A stretch of DNA of 63,457 nt, counting the filler, from Octopus bimaculoides (taxonomy: Eukaryota): the NCBI RefSeq assembly GCF_001194135.2. It is 6 parts of 5 records of this genome, joined end to end, with 100 filler letters (N's around TTAATTAATTAA, not from the genome) between each part and the next. Parts side by side here need not be neighbours in the genome. Positions count along the whole stretch, not along the records: positions 23,337 to 39,973 come from NC_068988.1; positions 40,074 to 48,312 come from NC_068981.1; 4 more parts are not named here. The stretch is one strand, 5' to 3'. A program made the translations under genes and the position numbers. Position 1 is the first letter of the stretch. Every line of letters begins with the position of its first letter. The notes under the pieces were generated by a model. The model was given only the letters and a program-made list of their open reading frames with translations, did not search any database and was not told the origin of the DNA. Below are positions 33,614 through 46,849 of this stretch, piece by piece.

Positions 33614-35182
33614 TTAAGTGAAACTTCGGTGTTTCCTCTTCGTTTGTTGCTTGTAGGATGACGAGTTCTCCTGTAGGAACCAACAATAATCTCCTGTGAT
33701 ATTTGGGCTGAAATTACCCTGGTATCTTTTCTATAACTGAGATTTGTTGGTGGAAGCGCTCACCATGCTCGTCACTCACAGCCTCAAGGTTGACCTGGAA
33801 GAACTGAAGATGAGAATGTAAAAGATGCATTTTGAAAGACATTCTGCATCCCATTTTTCATAAGATTTAAGCAAGTTTTCTTCGAGTTCACGGTGGCTTT
33901 TAGCTTTGTGATTCACAAGAAAAGTTTTGACAACAGAGATGTCTATGCCCCTAGTTCGCTCTCATTTAGATTAAATGGAGACAATGCGTCGTGGATGACA
34001 CTCTGGATCTGTGGTCCAGTGAAAAATTCAGCATCTAGCTTAGCATCAGTCAATATTTCTTTGAATTTATCTTTTAGATATTGGAAACCATCACTTTGAT
34101 GATCCACACCCTTCACGAAATTTTTCGTAAGGCCAAGTTTAACGAGAAGTGTTGGAAGATGTACTTTCTGTGGGTCAATAAGTGCTGGGTGTTTCACACT
34201 GTGTTTACCATGTTCAGTTTTAGATGGCCAAGAATGTTTTTAGCTGTGGTTCTTGTCATCTCTGCTGTTCCATAGACACAAAAAGCACATATATTTTGAG
34301 TAGCTCAGCTGCAACCCAAGAAGTAATGATACAAGTTTAAGGTTGCCACAAATATTACATATGTAGTCCTTATATTTGATGAGGCTTAGTAGCAGTTCCA
34401 TTGATTCATAAGTCTCATTAAGGCCAGTGGCATGTGCTGCAGTTATTGAAGGTTTTTCATTGCCGTTGTGCAGTAATACAGCTTTAAGGATAGCTTTACT
34501 AGACTCATGGATCATAGCAGAAGCCAGTCCTTTCCACCAGGCCACTGATATCGTGGAAGAAACAAAAGTTTTCTGAAAACTGCAAATGGCCATGGCAGAA
34601 ATGGGGAACTTTGGTGTGTGGCTGAAGAAAATTCCGTTCTTGAAGTTTGGAGTCAAGCAATTCTGCCTTTTCTTTTGGTAATTCCAAATCGTGCACTAAG
34701 TTATCTAACATCCACTTGACTAAGAAAAGTGGGGAACTAGTTAAATCTGGAACATTTACGCCATCTTTCCTTATTTCTAAATCACTAGCAGAATTTTTAG
34801 ATGAACTGCTACCTATTGTCGTTGCTGGGGGAGCTGGTGGTGGATTTGTTTCATCATGTGGTACTGGTTGCATTGATGATTCGTAGTTTGGGTATATGAT
34901 TTTTGTTAAACAAAAATTATCATTGAAATGATTTTTCGGCTCACACCAAACATGGGGACTGAGAACGGCATAGCTTTTCTTCTATCATTCAATCAAGCGA
35001 TTAACATTACATTGTGTACAACAGATATGGTGCCCAGTCCCCCTCTTGCGGTCAACATAATATTTGTAGGCAAGTTTAATCATTGTTGTTATGTTTTTGC
35101 GTTGTGGTTTAGGTGTATATTGTCCACAGATACAGCAGAAGTTGTCTGAGTGATTTACATAAGCACATCTATTTGATTGCAT
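33614..35182 (-). pseudogene. Chapaev3-like (CMC) DNA transposase, degraded
   Basis: N-terminal CxNxxDxFCxICGxY...; VWCEPKNHFND; CFLCLWNSR; KLGLTKNFVK; FTGPQI; MHLLHSHL...AVSDEHGERFHQ...RYQG...DYCW. Family name is from memory of this motif set. Confidence 0.75.
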
Positions 35183-35467
35183 TTTAGTTATCATACAATA
35201 TCTGAACCCCCCCCCCCCCCGAAAACTTATAAAGTAATAATTGTGATGTACAAAGTCAAAAGAAATACACACCGTAGTATAAAACAAATGCAATAAAAAC
35301 ACGCAAGTTACCATAGCCTGTAACTTGCTTACCAGCTGGGATCTTCTACAACTGCTCTACTTAACTGTTACGTAGCGACTGACTGTTGATCCGTTATTAT
35401 GCTCTTGACTCAGTGTTACCAACTCGGGATAAATTTTATTAATCAAAATCGTGAGAATTTGTATATA

Positions 35468-36695
35468 TCAGGTCATCCCATAAGTTCTGTTCAAATTTTG
35501 AATAAAGAAAACAAGTGATCAAACGTTATATTTAATAGAAATTTCATCATCAATGTACTTTCCCTGATTATCTATAACTTCCTTCCATCTATTTACAAGC
35601 TTTTAAATCCCATCAATGTAAAACTCTTTTGGTTTCAAAGCGAAGAACTGCGAAAGTTATGCCCCCAAAATGATTCTGTAAACTACGAAACAAATGGTAG
35701 TCTGAAGGTCGGGAGAATAAGGTGGATGAGGAATCTTTTCCCAACCAAGCTCTTCGATCTTCTGTGATGTGATCTTTGCAGTGTGGGGTCGCGCATTGTC
35801 CTGATGAAACATCACTCCTTTTCGATTTACTAAAGCTGTTTTTTTTTCTTCAAAGCTTGGTTCAAACGCTCCAATTGCTGACAGTAGACTTGGGCATTGA
35901 TTGCTGCATTAGGTGGTAACAATTCAAAATGTTTGCCGTCCCACCAGATAGAGAGAAGAACCCGTTTCCCATGAAGTTCCCTTCTCGGTTGTGTTTGAGC
36001 CTTTTACCTTTTACTAAGCCACTGTTTACGACATTTAACATTTCGATAGAAGATCCATTTTTCGTCACCAGTCACAAGTCTATCCAAAAAGGGTGAAATG
36101 GGTTCTCAAGAATGTAGAGAAGACCAGATGTCAAAATCGGGATTTGCGGTTGCTTTCGGACAATTCACGAGGCACTCATTTTTCCAAGTTTAGGAACCTT
36201 TAAGCTGTAAAAGGTGACGATGAACAGTTGTACAGTTTGAACTAAGCTTTATTGCCAATTCTTCAACTGATAATGCAGGATTTTTGTCAAGTAATGCCTC
36301 AAGGAGCTTATCATCAAACTCAACTGGATCTTCATCTTCAAGGCTGAAATCTCCACTTCTGAATTTTGCAAACCATCTTCTGCAAGTTCTTTCATTCAAG
36401 CATTCTTTCCCATAAAGTCAGTATATGTTTCGAGTCGCTTCGGCTGTAGAATTTCCTTTTTTGTACTCATAAAGCATTATGCGTCTTAAATGCTCTTTGG
36501 ATACTTCCATGTTAGAAAGAGTTTTAATCAAAGAAACTTTAATTTTATTATTCTGTAAAATAATATTTAATTTGTTTAAATGTACAGAAATACATAAAAA
36601 TAATTTTAAATTCCATTAGACATTCTAAAATACTATTAAATTTCATTCTATTTTAAAAAAAGGTAAAATCGGAAAGAACTCATGGGATGACCTGA
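35468..36695 (-). mobile_element. Full-length mariner element (1228 bp) with pseudogenised transposase
   Basis: TIR TCAGGTCATCCCAT(A/G)AGTTCT at both ends, TA duplications at 35466-67 and 36696-97. ORF from ATG 36510 (MEVSKEHLRRIMLYEYKKG...RRWFAKFRSGDFSLED) has stops and frameshifts. Confidence 0.93.
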
Positions 36696-37053
36696 TAGTT
36701 GGCAAACAGACAGTCCTTTAACCTTGAAAAGCAAGTCTTCTATTACTGGCATTAAGCCAATTAAAACCAAAATCTGGACGTGGTAGGACATTTTACTAAG
36801 TGATTTGCATTTTACACAAAATCTAGACGTAATAGAGAAAAAAAAATTTAGGTTTGAAATCATCATGCCGAAATTAGCTAGGAACACCTATTTGGTCTTC
36901 TGTTACAAAATCATTGTTGCTTAGTGTTATTTGCATTCATACCTATTCCTAAAAAATATTCCTAGAACATATTCCTAAAAAATCTAGCACGATGAACTTC
37001 AGTATTAAAAGTCTGCCCAATGTCGATTAGTTATATATATGTATATGTATACA

Positions 37054-37259
37054 TACTCTTTTTACATGTTTCAGTCATTTGACTGCGGCCATGCTGGGGC
37101 ACTGCCTTTAGTCGAGCAAATCGACCCCAGGACTTATTCTTTGGAAACCTAGTACTTATTCTATCGGCCTCTTTTGCCGAACCGTTAAGTTACGGGGACG
37201 TAAACACACCAGCATCGGTTGTCAAGCGATGGTGGGGGGACAAACAGACAGACAGACAG

Positions 37260-37310
<51 letters not shown>

Positions 37311-37453
37311 TACGACAGGTTTCTTTCAATTTCCGTCTACCAAATCTATTCACAAGGCTTTGGTCGGCCCGAGGCTATAGCAGAAGACACTTGCCCAATG
37401 TGCCACGCAGTGGGACTGAACCCAGAACCATGTGGTTGGTAAGCAAGCTACTT
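37054..37453 (-). mobile_element. SINE family C interrupted in its tRNA head by a LINE-like insertion
   Basis: Body and tail intact; the head begins at AAGTAGCTTGCTTACC and lacks the upstream GGCTGTGTGGT. Confidence 0.88.
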
Positions 37454-39643
37454 TATTTCAATAAATTTCGCCATTAACGGCGTTACATAGAGGGGACAGA
37501 CAAAGACAGACAAACATAAAGTAGCTGCGGGTTGGACATGGACATTAATGAGATGAGGATGATATGGATGAAACAAATAATGAGAGAGGCACCAGTGCCC
37601 GCCGACTGATAACCCCTCGAAAACATTCTTTTTTTTTCCTTTGAAAAATTACAATTTTTACACAATTTCAATATATTAACAATTAAAGATATCATAATTT
37701 TCCTCATCCCACCCCTCCGCAAGCAGATATGCTGCCCCTGCAAAACAAGTGTCTATTGTTAGGCTTGAATTTGCGGCGAGGTAGAAGAAATCTTTGTGGT
37801 TATATTTTTCTATGACTTTTGCCATTATGTTGTCATTTATAACCTCCGCAGTCACCTGCGGAGGCCATGTGGAACTACTCGTACATTCCGAGTAGCTCCT
37901 ATATTGGCCGCATTCGCGGTCCAAGAATTCATTCACCGCCCCTCCCTCATAGTACATGATAACATAATCATTATTCTCACTGGGAGGGACGTCACGCCAC
38001 TCTGTCATCGGCACAATCCTCGATGGCAGAGTTTACCTCTCCGGGGGCACACTTCCCACCTCGGGTTCGGTCGGCGGCGCAGTGACTTCCGCCGACCGTC
38101 TCCCGTTTCTTTTTTTTTTTCCTTTTCCCTCTTTTTTCGTCTGCGGGGGTTGGGGCCTCTGCTGGGATACTCAGGGGGCCTACCTCTTCACCCGCAGACT
38201 GCTCTTTAGGTGGCGAGCAACTGCCGTTGCTCATCTTTCTTTTTCTATTCGTGGAGGCTTCTGCCTCCACGATTTTCACCATCTCCCCATCCAATGGGGG
38301 GGGGGGGGTCGACGAGCACACTTTCTTTACCCTGCTTTTTTTCCGGCAGAGTAGGACTACTTTTTTTAATGGGTGTCTGCTCCTGGGACACTTCGTGTCT
38401 CGGCGACAATTCTTCTTCAAATGATCAGGCTCCAGGCATCCGTGACATTTCGGAAGTCGTCCTTCAAGGATTACAGGATACCTAGAACCTGCCATGGTCA
38501 AGTAGTCTGGAAAGACCACACTGTCATCGTCTAACTGGGTCCACAACGTTAATATGGCCTTAGCCCCAACCCAGTCAGCAGATGGCAACAATTTTACATT
38601 TAACAATTTAGTTTCTCGGCCAACCGCTTACATTTTCTCCCACAATAAGAGGAAAGAAACAAAATTTTTCCCCCTCCAGGGGCTGAGTGGCGAACTTACA
38701 CGCCATCTCCGGGGTTCCAAACAGCAACCATATGGTTGCATATTTGGAACCCCTGGCGATGTGCCTTATCATCGGCATGTACTCCGTCAGCTCCTTTTCT
38801 ATTTCTAGCCTAGGAAAGGGGACAATGGTATCCAAGGACTTTGATTAGGTCCTTAGAACCACCGTCGTCCTTTCCAAATCTGTCACCCATTCTTTGGGTG
38901 GGTTAATTTCCCACACCAAAGCAGTATTGTTTTTTCTATTGTTCATATTTTAACTCCAAAAAATAATAAACAAACAAAAAAGAAAAAACAAAAGTTCACA
39001 TTTAAATGTCTGTCCTCTGGCGTATTTGAACTCCTGACTAGTCCTGTGTACTCCAATATAGGTAATCCAATGATGGTTCACAATTGGTGGTGCTCGTAGT
39101 ATAATCCATTTGTCGTAATTTTCAAATTTTTCCTTTTTTCAAAAATTGAATTTGCAACACCGCTAAATTTGCCGTGTTATTCGAATTAAATGTCTTTTGG
39201 CCTATTCGAAATCCTGGCAATCCCAGGTAATCCAATGACTTTAGGCCTAAAAACAGATGTCCGCCGCGAACTTTGCAGCAAGCAACAAATAACCGCTTAC
39301 AAAAAGTCTTCCAAATACAAAAATTCTTCAGAAAAATCAAAAGATAGAAAGAATTCTTGCGGCGAGGTAACGCCCACCGATAATTCTTTACTAAAACAAA
39401 AGCAACCAAAGATAAAAATGCCTCGAGGCCAGTGAAAATACCCTATTTGTAAAAATTAACAATGAAATAACGTAGCCCCACTGTACCCCAAAAACAAATT
39501 TCTCCTACCTTTCAGCTGCCTTACTAATTTCTTTCATGAACTCGGTCGACTTCAAAGTTCCATTTTGAACGGAGTTAAAAACACCAGTCCACTCTGATCC
39601 TCGGGTCTACAGGAAGTAGCCAACGCGCAAAACCGGAAGTCAA
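37454..39643 (-). mobile_element. ORF1-only Tx1/L1-like non-LTR retroposon (2190 bp) with 16-bp TSD
   Basis: ORF1 relic 38946->37676 with CCHC knuckle CHGCLEPDHLKKNC; no ORF2; ~220-nt 3'UTR ending GAAATA. Flanked by GGTA(A/T)GCAAGCTACTT at 37438-37453 and 39644-39659. Confidence 0.78.
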
Positions 39644-39659
39644 GGTATGCAAGCTACTT

Positions 39660-39973
39660 TATTTCATAGATTGGCCATTAAGGCCTTACAAAGAGGGGAC
39701 AAACAAGGACAGACAAACGTAAAGTAGCTGCGGGCTGGACACGGACATTAATGAGATGAGGATGATAACAAAAGGTGAATAAAAATGAGAGAGGCGCCGA
39801 CGCCCGCCGATCGATAACCCCTCGAAAACATTGTTCAATACAAATCCAATAAAAGTCAAAAATTCAATGGCAGTTCAATAAAGTTCAATAAAAGCTCCTT
39901 TTAAAGATCTAATCTTCCTCATCCGGGCCTCCAAGCAATTGTCCCGTCGCCATCAGGAGATCTCGCAATGTCG
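39660..39973 (-). mobile_element. 3' end of a second copy of the same retroposon family
   Basis: 39660-39830 is homologous to 37454-37627; cut off by the gap. Confidence 0.85.
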
Positions 39974-40089
39974 NNNNNNNNNNNNNNNNNNNNNNNNNNN
40001 NNNNNNNNNNNNNNNNNTTAATTAATTAANNNNNNNNNNNNNNNNNNNNNNNNNNNNNNNNNNNNNNNNNNNNTTTATTTAATTTTACT

Positions 40090-40540
40090 TCCATGTCCCA
40101 TCCCTTGTATGTGTTCCTGGTAAATCTGTGTGTTGGAAAACTCTACCTATATTTGCGTTTCTTGTCGTAATGTGGTTCATCAGGAATGTTAGATAAAAAA
40201 TTTTTTCTTTAACACACTCATTTTTGCCTTTAAAGCATTTTGGAGAGGAATTGAAAACCACTGAGCTCTTGATCTCTGCGCTGTTAAGTAAAACTATTAT
40301 TCTTGATGGAGAAGATGGGGATTTGGTACTATGCAGCGGCATCCAGTTCGAGGATTGGAATAGCTTTGCATTTCAAAGTTAGGTCCTCTAGTATCGCCTG
40401 CGCGCGCACACACACACGTTAGCTTGACGTAATGCGTTGACCATAATTGGGTACAGAAGTCAAAGCAGCTGAGAACAAACGTTCTCCAAAGTACCAACAT
40501 GGTTTTCTTTTTTCTTTTGAAATATTTTTGAATCCAGCCA
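40090..40540 (-). pseudogene. CR1-like LINE C-terminal remnant
   Basis: KKKTMLVLWRTFVLSCFDFCTQLWS resembles the CR1-type MLxLxKSxVxxxLEYCxQLWSP. Confidence 0.6.
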
Positions 40541-41100
40541 GCCACTAACAGTAATAAACACACGGAATGATGCCTAGAAATATCTCAGAATTCAGCCAGC
40601 TACACACAGAATGATGCCTAGAAAAGTCGTTACATATCAAATACACATAAATATGCTAGCTTAAAAGCCGCATTCCGTGTGGACTTTTATGCTGGCTCCT
40701 GCGGAGGCTATTTAGGCCTGCGACCCCAAACTAAAACGAGCAATAGTAATAAAGCCTTTATTGGTACCCTACCAATATGGTATTACTTTAAATTCAGTTT
40801 AAATGGAAAACTTGTAAGCTCACAAATTTTTGGAGTTCTTTTAAAACTTGAATTTTCAACTGTTAGCATATAACAAATCCGCATCCAGACCTGATCCCAA
40901 TGCTGGATGCTCAAGAACTCAACGAAAGGCAGATTTTCAATCCTGGGATTATCCTGATTCCCAAAAGGTATATGTCTATGTAGAGCAAATGTAGACAGAC
41001 AGACGGAATTTAGCGAGTCGATGCTTAGAGTTTCTGGTCCTGTATATTCCAATTGCAGTCAGTCGAGAGCCGAGAGCAGAGCGCTTGAAGTTTCTCAGCG

Positions 41101-41316
41101 TTGAACTACGTGTTGTTTTCTTCAACTCATTGGTATATTGCTTTCAGGTTATTTCATAGTTTTGAGTTATCATTAGAGTTCTTAACTGCCTGTGATAATG
41201 TTCTATTGTTGAACTGCGTGTGGTTTTCTTCAGCCCATTTGCAAATTGTGTTCAGGTCATTCTATAGTCTTGCGTTATCAAAAGAACTCTTGATTGCCTG
41301 TGATAGTCTTGTATTG
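41101..41316 (+). repeat. Two diverged ~108-bp tandem units
   Basis: ttgaactacgtgttgttttcttc... and ttgaactgcgtgtggttttcttc..., each ending tgcctgtgata...tattg. Confidence 0.7.
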
Positions 41317-41339
41317 TCAAAGTAGCTGGCGCGGAGAAA

Positions 41340-41570
41340 ATGTCTGAGAGAGTCATTACAAACGGTAATAGTCTCCGTATAGTTCCCAGGGGGCTTCGCT
41401 AGGAGTTAGGGTCTCATCGGCGAGAACATTGTTGGCTGCAACCGTCTACAATGTCATTAGGTGACATCCCTAGTTTTCCAAGTATGTCAAGATCACGCAG
41501 TTTGTGGTGTATCATTCCGTAATCAACTTTATCAAAGGCCTTGCAAAGTCGAAACATCAAATATTCATTT
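41340..41570 (-). pseudogene. CR1-like RT remnant
   Basis: DFAKAFDKVDYGMIHHKLRDL...LG and a degenerate PQGTxxGxLPF motif. Confidence 0.7.
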
Positions 41571-41822
41571 AAATATATATATTGTTTAAAACAATTTGAT
41601 TCGGTTTCCGTACTACTTCAAGTTTAGAAGGCCCCTAACGGCTTCTAGAATGGCCAAATTTGGTTCGGCTATTCCAGAAGCCTGAAGGAGATGGGCTCCG
41701 TTAGGGACCTGTGAAGCTTGAAGTAGCAAGGAAACCGATTCAAATGGTTTTAAATAATGCATGTAACTCTTACAAAATGAGTTGAGTGCCCCTTTCTTTC
41801 GTTTGTCCACTGTCTGTCTGTT

Positions 41823-41919
<97 letters not shown>

Positions 41920-42067
41920 TATTATTATTATTATTATTATTTATAAATCTCTCTAAAGGAGACTACGGCAGCAGTACTGGGTATTAATAGTTATCGCCAA
42001 GCTAACATGGCAGTCCAGAAAATTAGGACGAATGCTGCTGTTGATTAGCTCCAAGAAGTCATCGCCT

Positions 42068-42655
42068 CTATTTTTACACAGCCGATCTTACCACTTGATT
42101 TCGGACTACATGTTCTACGGGATGTAGGTAACAGCCTGATTATGTAACACTGCGCTCTTTAAGGTTGGCCGTTAGGAAAGAAAATATGGCGACTGCTCTC
42201 TATTGTTGGAGGTGAAAAGACACATCCGGTTTATGGATGCTATGAAAAAAGGCGACGAAACAAACTAAACAAATGTTAAATTAAGAGTTGTGTTCCTTGG
42301 GATCAAAAACGGCCTCTCGGGTGTTACAAGACTACAAGGGTTTTCTGGAAATGCATGTATCGGAAATGTGTGTATAGTTTAGGTGTTGCTATTCTTATAG
42401 TGTTGGCATGTGTGCAGTAGTACTCCATGTTTAGCGTTTTTGGATGTGGGTGGGAGGCTTGTGGGCAGATGCACAATGTCCCATAAGTACAACCACAACC
42501 ATAAACAGGATGTGTATTTTCACCGATCGCCATATTTTCTCCCATAACTACTAACTCTAAAAAGTGCAGGGTTGCATAATCAGGCTATTAGTTAACATTC
42601 CGTTGAACCCCTAGTACGAAACCGATTGTTAAGGATCGGCTGTAATAGATATATA
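42068..42655. mobile_element. Palindromic non-autonomous element (MITE or inverted PLE terminus)
   Basis: ~42068-42240 and ~42495-42655 are diverged reverse complements (cagccgatc / gatcggctg; aaaatatggcg / cgccatatttt). Confidence 0.6.
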
Positions 42656-42743
42656 ACTTCGATTAATATAACCACTCTGTTGACAAATATACGAATGCAT
42701 ATTTTTTTTCTATCTTATGGATTCTTAGACGGCTAATATATAG

Positions 42744-42794
<51 letters not shown>

Positions 42795-43728
42795 CGCACT
42801 AACGCACACATATATGTATGTACATGAATATGGACACAAAGCTAATGTGAGTGAGAACATGTGATAAGTATAAAGGAAGACGTAGAGAAGAAAGAGTATT
42901 TGCAATTGAGTGAGAGGTAGAAAAAGAGCGAGTAAGGAAATGTACGTGGCTTTAAAAAAATATATATATATAATAAAATTGACAATGGAATATTATAAAG
43001 GCAATAGAGCAATAAAAAGACTAAAATAAATATGGAAATAAAGAAGGAAGTCAAAAAGCTGTGACTCTAAAAAGACATGGCTGAAATAATCCCAGTAATC
43101 TTTATTCTTAATCTCAGCTTGATATATTCAATCGGATGAAAAGTAGGCAAGACGTAGGTGGTGTGGTGTCTGAATAACTGTGGTGGCAACGAAACGGTAA
43201 TTGTGATAGTGGAGGAGGTGATTATGATAAGACCAATAGGAGCGATAATGGTGGTGTTAGCGTTGACAAGAGAAAGAAAAACAGGAGAAAAGACAGGGAA
43301 TTATTGAAGAAACTTTCTAACTAATCAAGATGAATGTAAAGCTTTTGGTGTTTAGATATATTGTCATAGAAAAATATCAGTGAAACTCTTCAGGATTTAG
43401 AGGGAAAAATGACATACTTCCCTCCCATTTAAACCCACACCTCATCTTTTCTCGACGAAAAGAACCAGATGCGATGAAACCAACCTAGACAGAAATAAAT
43501 AGTCGATAATCGGCAGGCTAAATAGAAGGAGAGAATGTTTAAGATCAACATTTATTATATATCTTCCGTTAAGTAAGACAAAAACTCATTAATTATTCTT
43601 ACTTACTTTAACGGCGCTTAGGAGGGTGCACAGGGTAAGGTAGATAGAATGTGTATGTGTGTTTGTAAGTGTATGAGTATGTGTGTGTACATATGTAGCT
43701 GTATGAATATATATATAAATATAAACAT

Positions 43729-43807
<79 letters not shown>

Positions 43808-43822
43808 ATTATTTAGACACGC

Positions 43823-43888
<66 letters not shown>

Positions 43889-44364
43889 GTATCTATAACA
43901 TTACCACACGTATAAGTGTGCATGTGAGAGTGCCTGTATGTCTGTGTACATGTGCGTGTGTTAAAGGTTCTTTAGTTTGTTTAATGTATTTGGACGACAA
44001 AAACCATTTAGCTATATGAAAGCACACATATGCATGAGTGAGAAATCGTCTATACCACCATCATACTACTTGTATACTTATTAATTTGCGTATAAATATG
44101 CGTACATGCATGCATATATACATACACATGCACACCTGCGCGCGCACACACACACGCACATACACACATACACACACGCAGATACGCTTGTCTATATGTA
44201 AGAACAATCCTTTAAAACTTTTCCTGCATTTGCACTTACACTGGCATATAAGCATAGATACACAGAAACGTTTATATAGATAGGTATACACTATTTATGA
44301 AAATGATTTTAGCACAAATTCATAAAACACACAACACACACAACACACGCACACACACTGACAC

Positions 44365-44408
<44 letters not shown>

Positions 44409-44600
44409 CTTTGTTATGCAAACGTACATATGTATCTTACATATCTATCTATCTATCTACGTACTTTTCTCTCTGTGTGTCTTTCTCTCTATCTCTATGC
44501 ACCTATACATCTCATATATATTTTATATTATACAATATGTATACGTCTAAGCACACATATAGTTATATAGATATTCATGCATCACTATAAGTATGTATGG

Positions 44601-44657
<57 letters not shown>

Positions 44658-45362
44658 NNNNNNNNNNNNNNNNNNNNNNNNNNNNNNNNNNNNNNNNNNN
44701 NNNNNNNNNNNNNNNNNNNNNNNNNNNNNNNNNNNNNNNNNNNNNNNNNNNNNNNNNNNNNNNNNNNNNNNNNNNNNNNNNNNNNNNNNNNNNNNNNNNN
44801 NNNNNNNNNNNNNNNNNNNNNNNNNNNNNNNNNNNNNNNNNNNNNNNNNNNNNNNNNNNNNNNNNNNNNNNNNNNNNNNNNNNNNNNNNNNNNNNNNNNN
44901 NNNNNNNNNNNNNNNNNNNNNNNNNNNNNNNNNNNNNNNNNNNNNNNNNNNNNNNNNNNNNNNNNNNNNNNNNNATGTATGTATGTATGTATGTATTACA
45001 CACACACATAATGGTTATAAAATCCCCAAAAGCAACATATCACTGTATTTTCAGGCAATGTTGTACTTAGACCTTAATTTTTTCTGATAAAAAAAAAAAA
45101 AAATCCACCCCATATATAAATAAATGAATAAATAAATAAATGCTTAAATAAATAAATAAGCACAGAAACAATAATAACAACCTACGTGTATTATCTTCTC
45201 AACAAAATGAATGATTACGGGCTTAAAGAACTTTTGTCGTAGCATCTCACCGTTATCAAACTAAGATCGATCTTCACTTTTGTCTATAAACACAAATATT
45301 ATGTGTATATACATACATACATACATACATACATATACATACATACATATATATATACACCC

Positions 45363-45411
<49 letters not shown>

Positions 45412-45711
45412 AACATATATATATATACATACATACATATAAAAACATATATATATATATACATACATACATATAAAAACATATATATATACATACATAC
45501 ATATATACATATATATAATGCATATATACATATATATATATATACACACATACATATATATATATATACATACATAGATACATACATATATACTGGCATA
45601 TATACATACACATTGTCAAAGACTTTCCGTATTCCCGAGCGTCATACTAATACATCCTTTTGTTATTTACACCACCTGTCCTCGTCTGTTGTTGTCTTTT
45701 CGTATATTCTT

Positions 45712-45778
<67 letters not shown>

Positions 45779-45971
45779 AATGCATATAAACATAGATATA
45801 TATACATACATACATATATACATATATAGAATACATATATACATACATATATACATACATATATACTTGTATATATACATATATAGATACATATATATAT
45901 ATATATATATATTCATATACACACACATATATATATACATATATACATATAGTTATACATACATATATATA

Positions 45972-46262
45972 CAGTGGCGGACTGGGTCTAAAAATATTGG
46001 TTGCCAGGAGACTAAGGGGGTCCACCCGCAACTACAAGTGGGCCAACCCGGAACTACAATGCTTTCTTTCAATTTTTTTTTTTTTGTTAAAAGTATTCTG
46101 TCTACAACTGTCTACAAGCACAGCCGGGCTGAAATAATTAATGCATTCTTTCAGGAGTGAATAAAAAATTGTTAAACTTGAGGGGATGGGCCCCTTAGAT
46201 AATAATGGCGCAGGAGCCCACTTGCCATCGGGCAAGCTGATAACCTGGCCAGTCTGCCACTG
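45972..46262. mobile_element. hAT-like MITE (291 bp) in a (TA)n tract
   Basis: TIRs CAGTGGCGGACTGG / CCAGTCTGCCACTG (13/14 match). Confidence 0.75.
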
Positions 46263-46401
46263 CATATATTCTCATATATGTATATACATATCTACTTATA
46301 TACATACATATATACATACATATATACATATATACATATGAACATATACATACATACATATATAAATATATAGGAACATACATATATAAATATATGCATA
46401 C

Positions 46402-46435
<34 letters not shown>

Positions 46436-46769
46436 GTTTGAAGATAAGCAAAAAAAAATTCAATATTGAATTTTTGTTGCTTAACTTCAAATTTTATTCA
46501 CCAAATCTCTTGATTTTGTTTTTGGTTTTTACCCTACCAAATTATGGTGCCTCAAACATTTTAAGTACCACATTTAATCTTTTGATTAAATCTATATTAT
46601 TACACACACACACACACACANNNNNNNNNNNNNNNNNNNNNNNNNNNNNNNNNNNNNNNNNNNNNNNNNNNNNNNNNNNNNNNNNNNNNNNNNNNNNNNN
46701 NNNNNNNNNNNNNNNNNNNNNNNNNNNNNNNNNNNNNNNNNNNNNNNNNNNNNNNNNNNNNNNNNNNNN

Positions 46770-46804
<35 letters not shown>

Positions 46805-46849
46805 CATATATATGCATACATACACATACGTATATATATATATATATAA

